From an archaeon (GTDB lineage: Archaea; Iainarchaeota; Iainarchaeia; Iainarchaeales; CSSED10-239): DNA of 32,000 nt. A program made the position numbers and the translations under genes. The DNA is taken from the NCBI GenBank assembly GCA_035390665.1, contig DAOOUC010000001.1, positions 108,634 through 140,633 of the forward strand. Direction: 5' to 3'. Shown here one piece after another: positions 28,311-32,000 of this stretch. The notes beneath the pieces were generated by a model, which was not told where the DNA came from, did not search any database, and saw only the letters and a list, made by a program, of their open reading frames with translations. Each line of letters begins with the position of its first letter. The stretch's first letter is position 1.

Positions 28311-28790
28311 ATGACTCTAAGAAAAAAAGCAGTTTCGCCAATAATCGCAACCATTCTTTTAGTAGTGATTGCTCTAATATTAGTTGGAATACTTCTATCT
28401 TGGGGTCAAAATTTTATTCAAAGAAGTACTGCTGATGCAGATAACGCAATTGATAGAAAATGTATTGGCGCAGACATTGAATTTAGTGTGTGTGAATATG
28501 TTAGTACATCAGGATCAGAAGCATTAACTTTAATAATTGTTAATACAGGAAAAATAGATTTTAAAGAAGATACAAATCTATCTTTGACAATTATTGATTC
28601 TGAAAATAATCTATTTGAAGCAACTGATGAAACAAATAATCTTTTAGAAGGCGCTGCTTTTGTTAAAGGTGCATCCACACAAAAAGAAATTGATTTGAGT
28701 GTGTCTTCTACAGACTTAGTCGCACCATTTGATGTAACAATAAGAAGTAGTCAATGTCCGACTTTTTTTAAGAAAACCACTTGTAGATAA
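28311..28790 (+). CDS. Archaeal type IV pilin
   Basis: RKKAVSPIIATILLVVIALILVGILLSWGQNF; C-terminal CPTFFKKTTCR. Confidence 0.88.
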   Translation: MTLRKKAVSPIIATILLVVIALILVGILLSWGQNFIQRSTADADNAIDRKCIGADIEFSVCEYVSTSGSEALTLIIVNTGKIDFKEDTNLSLTIIDSENNLFEATDETNNLLEGAAFVKGASTQKEIDLSVSSTDLVAPFDVTIRSSQCPTFFKKTTCR

Positions 28791-28792
28791 TT

Positions 28793-29308
28793 TTAGTATT
28801 TTTCTATTTTTATTTTGTGTATGTTTTGTTCTTTGTCAACTATGGCTATAATGTATTTTGTATTAATGGTGTTAGCAAGCCTTTCTGATTTTATTAGTTT
28901 GACAAGATCTTCTTTAGGTTTATGTGATTCTTTAACATCTACAACAAAAACGGTGTGTGTGTGTTCTTTTGTCTTTGATTTATTGTAAATTCTAAAATCA
29001 AATCCAAAAATTAACCCGTCTTTTACAATATAGCCATTTTCTACAAAATCCTTAAATACTAAATATTTATTATCAAAGTTATCTATTTCTTTTAAACAAA
29101 TTTCTTTTAATTTTTCTGTATTAATATTTTTGTTTTTCTCTGTAATTTTAATTTTGTTTTTTTCTAAAAGATAAAGGCTTTCAAATAAATCTAAATAGAA
29201 ATCTAGTCCGTTCTTATGCCCAAAGCCCTTCTGGGATAATTGACTTTTAAGATTATTGTCTTTTACAAGACATTTATTTTTTTCTAATATTACAATCATA
29301 TTTATCAC
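28793..29308 (-). CDS. endA: tRNA-splicing endonuclease
   Basis: 171 aa: KYLVFKDFVENGYIVKDGLIFGFDFRIYNKSKTKEHTHTVFVVDV...VKLIKSERLANTINTKYIIAIVD; catalytic Tyr/His/Lys pattern recognisable. Start likely Met4 (29299). Confidence 0.87.
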   Translation of the reverse strand: MINMIVILEKNKCLVKDNNLKSQLSQKGFGHKNGLDFYLDLFESLYLLEKNKIKITEKNKNINTEKLKEICLKEIDNFDNKYLVFKDFVENGYIVKDGLIFGFDFRIYNKSKTKEHTHTVFVVDVKESHKPKEDLVKLIKSERLANTINTKYIIAIVDKEQNIHKIKIEKY

Positions 29309-29592
29309 TTGTATAAAGTAAACATATTTCTATCTATTCCATAAAATAATCCAATTCTAACGCCTGCATCAATCCAACCATAGGCATAAGAATAAGAGGC
29401 AAGAGCTCTAGTAAAATCTTCCTTTTCTTCTAAGACCTTTCCATCGTCAAGATAGTTTTTTGCCATTGAAAGATAGTCGTTTGCCATGTCTTTTAGAAAA
29501 GAATCGTTTTCTATATTTATTTTAATAGTGCCTATTGCTTTTTCTAGAAGCCCTCTATATTTTAAGCAATATTCTTTAACATCTGTATTCAT
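29305..29592 (-). CDS. DUF357 family protein
   Basis: MANDYLSMAKNYLDDGKVLEEKEDFTRALASYSYAYGWIDAGVRIGLF; start trimmed to Met9. Confidence 0.8.
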   Translation of the reverse strand: MNTDVKEYCLKYRGLLEKAIGTIKINIENDSFLKDMANDYLSMAKNYLDDGKVLEEKEDFTRALASYSYAYGWIDAGVRIGLFYGIDRNMFTLYK

Positions 29593-30310
29593 CAATTGAC
29601 CTCTTTTCAAATTCATTTAGATTTCCGCAAATAATTAAAGATTGCGGATAAGAATTAAATTTTAATTTATTATAGTCTTTAAAATCAAATGTAATTATCT
29701 TTTCATCAATTCCAGAAATCCCACACAATGCTACACAAGTTAGATTTTCAAGATTTTTATTTATATCAATTTCTTCAAGTAATTGACAAGCTTCTAAAAC
29801 ATTCATAAATCTTTTTTCTTCAACCTTTATATCTAAAAGACAAAGAGTGTGGGCTCCAATTTTAAGGTTATCAATAATACAATCATAAAAACTTGTGGGT
29901 TTATAATTTTTCAGTGGATAAACAATACTAGTAGTTTTTCCAAATTTATATTCAAATAATCCTGAGTTGCCTCTATAATTAAATATTGAGATTCCAGATA
30001 TGATTTTTACGTTTAGATTTTTTTGTTTTGCTTCTTCAAGTATTGTATAATGTGTTGTTGCAGAAAAAGGATTGCCAATAACTAAAAGGCAAGAATCATC
30101 CTTTAGAAATTTCATTTCTTGTTCAAGTTCTGTTCTATTAAGTTTTATTATTTTTTTAGAAATTGTTTTTTCAAGTTCATCAACATCTCCATTAGAGAAA
30201 ATATTTGTGTAATTATCAATATAAACTTCTGAACAATTATTGATGGCGTTCATTGCTTCAATAGTTATTTGTTTAGTATTTAATCCTATTCCAATAATAT
30301 AAAACATATC
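29576..30310 (-). CDS. dphB: Diphthine synthase
   Basis: MFYIIGIGLNTKQITIEAMNAINNCSEVYIDNYTN...LLVIGNPFSATTHYTILEEAKQKNLNVKIISGISIFN...GLFEYKFGKTTSIVYP; SAM-dependent tetrapyrrole-methylase fold. Confidence 0.9.
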   Translation of the reverse strand, partial: DMFYIIGIGLNTKQITIEAMNAINNCSEVYIDNYTNIFSNGDVDELEKTISKKIIKLNRTELEQEMKFLKDDSCLLVIGNPFSATTHYTILEEAKQKNLNVKIISGISIFNYRGNSGLFEYKFGKTTSIVYPLKNYKPTSFYDCIIDNLKIGAHTLCLLDIKVEEKRFMNVLEACQLLEEIDINKNLENLTCVALCGISGIDEKIITFDFKDYNKLKFNSYPQSLIICGNLNEFEKRSIDEYRC

Positions 30311-30698
30311 AATATACTCCAATCTCTATATATACATTATGATTGGAATTATTAATATACTTTATGGAATTGGACAGTAGTTTTATTTTTGTGGCATTTT
30401 GACAATTTATTTCTTTCTGTGTTTGATTAATTTTTATATATCCGCAAGTATTAGGGAAAAGAGACACAAAATTTTGTTCTAAAATATTAATATTATCAAT
30501 TTGTAAATGTTGAGAAGTAATCAAAAGATCATTAATTTTTTGTATTTTTATTAAATCTAAGTTATTTTCTTGTTCTTGGCCATTGCTTAAATTAAAAACA
30601 AGAATAAAAAAAGCACAAAATAAAAGAGCAAAAATCCCATCAGCACTAAATATTTGACCTTTAACAAAAACTAATTTCTGCGATTTTAAATTCCCCAT
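30309..30698 (-). CDS. Small prepilin/pseudopilin-like protein
   Basis: 129 aa; VKGQIFSADGIFALLFCAFFILVFNLSN: KGQ motif, then a hydrophobic helix. Confidence 0.55.
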   Translation of the reverse strand: MGNLKSQKLVFVKGQIFSADGIFALLFCAFFILVFNLSNGQEQENNLDLIKIQKINDLLITSQHLQIDNINILEQNFVSLFPNTCGYIKINQTQKEINCQNATKIKLLSNSIKYINNSNHNVYIEIGVY

Positions 30699-31062
30699 TA
30701 TGGATTACCCCTCTAGTAAATGTTTTTTTTATATCAGGAGATTGATCATAGATTGTATTATTTCCTATTTTTATTCTGCACACATTTTGTTCTTCCAATT
30801 GTGTAAGGATCTTAGTATTTAACTTTATTTCTAAAATATTTTTGTAGCAAAGGCCTTTTCTATTTAGCGGGGTATATGCAAAGAAATCACAATCAGATAC
30901 AAGTTTTTCAACAAATAGTATTTCTTCTAATTCTTTTATATTTTGTTTTGTATTATCATCTTCTATCTTTATTTCATAGACATTATTGATGATTATAAAT
31001 AAAACAAAAATAGTTATTAATGTAAAAAACAAAAGATCAATAATCATTATTTGTCCTTTCAT
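30661..31062 (-). CDS. Small prepilin/pseudopilin-like protein
   Basis: MKGQIMIIDLLFFTLITIFVLFIIINNVYE N-terminus. The ORF extends to 31110 but Met17 (31062) fits the short class III leader. Confidence 0.6.
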   Translation of the reverse strand: MKGQIMIIDLLFFTLITIFVLFIIINNVYEIKIEDDNTKQNIKELEEILFVEKLVSDCDFFAYTPLNRKGLCYKNILEIKLNTKILTQLEEQNVCRIKIGNNTIYDQSPDIKKTFTRGVIHNGEFKIAEISFC

Positions 31063-31243
31063 TTCTAATCCAATTGTGTTCTTTATAGTTTTGTTTAATA
31101 ATCTCATCAATTTTTTTATTAATAATAGGAGAAATCTCTAATTTTTCTTTAAGAATTAAAGCAACATCAATAAAAGTAGAGATAATTAAAATTGCCCCTA
31201 AAAGGCACAATAGAAATTCAATTGTAATTTGGCCTTTATTCAT
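31037..31243 (-). CDS. Small class III signal peptide (archaeal pilin-like) protein
   Basis: MNKGQITIEFLLCLLGAILIISTFIDVALI matches the archaeal class III leader KGQ-x-(T/S)-x-E-F-L. Confidence 0.7.
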   Translation of the reverse strand: MNKGQITIEFLLCLLGAILIISTFIDVALILKEKLEISPIINKKIDEIIKQNYKEHNWIRNERTNNDY

Positions 31244-31742
31244 ATACAATCACTTCTACAGAATAATTCTTAGGGAAAGAAAAAACTGTCTTTGAGCAAT
31301 TGGTTGAAAGTTCAAAAGAAAGTTGTTGTGTCTTTGTTATTCCATTTGTTAACGTATATCTTTTAAGTGTAATATTAGGAGCCGGTTTAAGAACAATAGT
31401 TTTTGATATCTTTAGTAATTCAGAATAGCTAATTTCTTTTCTTTGATTTGTTTTTAGGTCTAGTACAAACCAATTTTCAGTTTCTTGACTTTTTAGATAT
31501 GATGCCAATTTTTGATTAATTGTTTGATTAAGAATAATAGGATCATTACTTCCATATTTTAATTCCATCTTGATGTATTCTTCAAAGTTTATAGTTGCAC
31601 TTTGTTTTTTTGTATCTAGTAATTTTATAGATAGTAAGCTATAGTAGTTTTCTCGTTTATTAGATATTATAATACTAAAGAATAAAGAAACAAACAACAA
31701 GACACACACACTTAAAAATCCTTTTTTATTTTTTGAAAGCAT
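31236..31742 (-). CDS. Hypothetical N-terminally anchored surface protein, possible minor pseudopilin
   Basis: 168 aa; MLSKNKKGFLSVCVLLFVSLFFSIIIS then a predicted extracellular domain; first gene of an overlapping four-gene cluster. Confidence 0.6.
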   Translation of the reverse strand: MLSKNKKGFLSVCVLLFVSLFFSIIISNKRENYYSLLSIKLLDTKKQSATINFEEYIKMELKYGSNDPIILNQTINQKLASYLKSQETENWFVLDLKTNQRKEISYSELLKISKTIVLKPAPNITLKRYTLTNGITKTQQLSFELSTNCSKTVFSFPKNYSVEVIVYE

Positions 31743-31813
31743 TATTTATAATTTGTATTTTGTTGTTTAATAAAATTGTGCTACAAAAATTTGTGAAATT
31801 GTTAAAAACACAA

Positions 31814-31882
31814 CGCGATTTGGCAAAAAGGGGAAGGAAGAAGTAGTTTTGGTGGTTCTTAACTACTTTCCTTTAAATTGCG
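31814..31882. other. Candidate structured element: outer helix enclosing an inner hairpin
   Basis: CGCGATTT (31814-31821) pairs with AAATTGCG (31875-31882) with one G-U. The inner stem is AAGGAA-(GA bulge)-AGTAGTT / AACTACT-TTCCTT with a 12-nt loop. Confidence 0.4.
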
Positions 31883-32000
31883 ATTAAGTCTTTTTCAACT
31901 CAAAAATGATTGCTCCTATCTTTTTGAAGTTTTCTTAATCAATATTATATTGTTGTTTTCAAAATAGGGGTCATTTTCGGGGGGGTAGCTGTCCAGTGCG

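Noticed and set aside
28418-28678. 86-aa minus-strand ORF opposite the last pilin
   Set aside because: Fully contained antisense to a clear pilin gene.
1-32000. CRISPR arrays, transposons or integrated virus
   Set aside because: No regularly spaced repeats, cas genes, transposases, integrases or phage structural genes were recognised by reading the ORFs and intergenic regions.
1-32000. tRNA or rRNA genes
   Set aside because: Intergenic regions are short and AT-rich with no recognisable GTTC/T-arm or rRNA signatures; tRNAscan-SE and Infernal would be decisive.

Overview
The window is a compact, AT-rich archaeal chromosomal segment. Its coding style (small genes, leaderless-looking promoters, archaeal informational genes) suggests a DPANN-type archaeon such as Woesearchaeota or Pacearchaeota; the lineage is an inference. 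Recognisable core genes are eS1, uS15, Bud32, ValRS, NAC, Dus, SepF, ThiI, MnmA, Orc1/Cdc6, Cdc48, a site-2 protease, TatD, a HemK2-like methyltransferase, a DRG-like TGS GTPase, EndA, DUF357 and DphB. A HicBA toxin-antitoxin pair and a short archaeosortase-like protein are also present. The accessory signal centres on archaeal type IV pilus-like systems: two adjacent T2SF membrane proteins followed by four pilins, a separate minus-strand cluster of four small prepilin/pseudopilin-like genes upstream of dphB, and a pilin placed between thiI and mnmA. That last pilin (12273..13832) is the standout. It is a full pilin-length N-terminal module fused to seven RCC1-type repeats, each with a Cys-x9-Cys pair, which predicts a surface-displayed, disulfide-braced seven-bladed propeller. 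Its N-terminal helix nearly matches the helices of two pilins about 15 kb away. A second theme is a tight unit of a stand-alone NFACT-R domain protein, an unknown protein and Cdc48. No tRNA, rRNA, CRISPR array or transposon was recognised.
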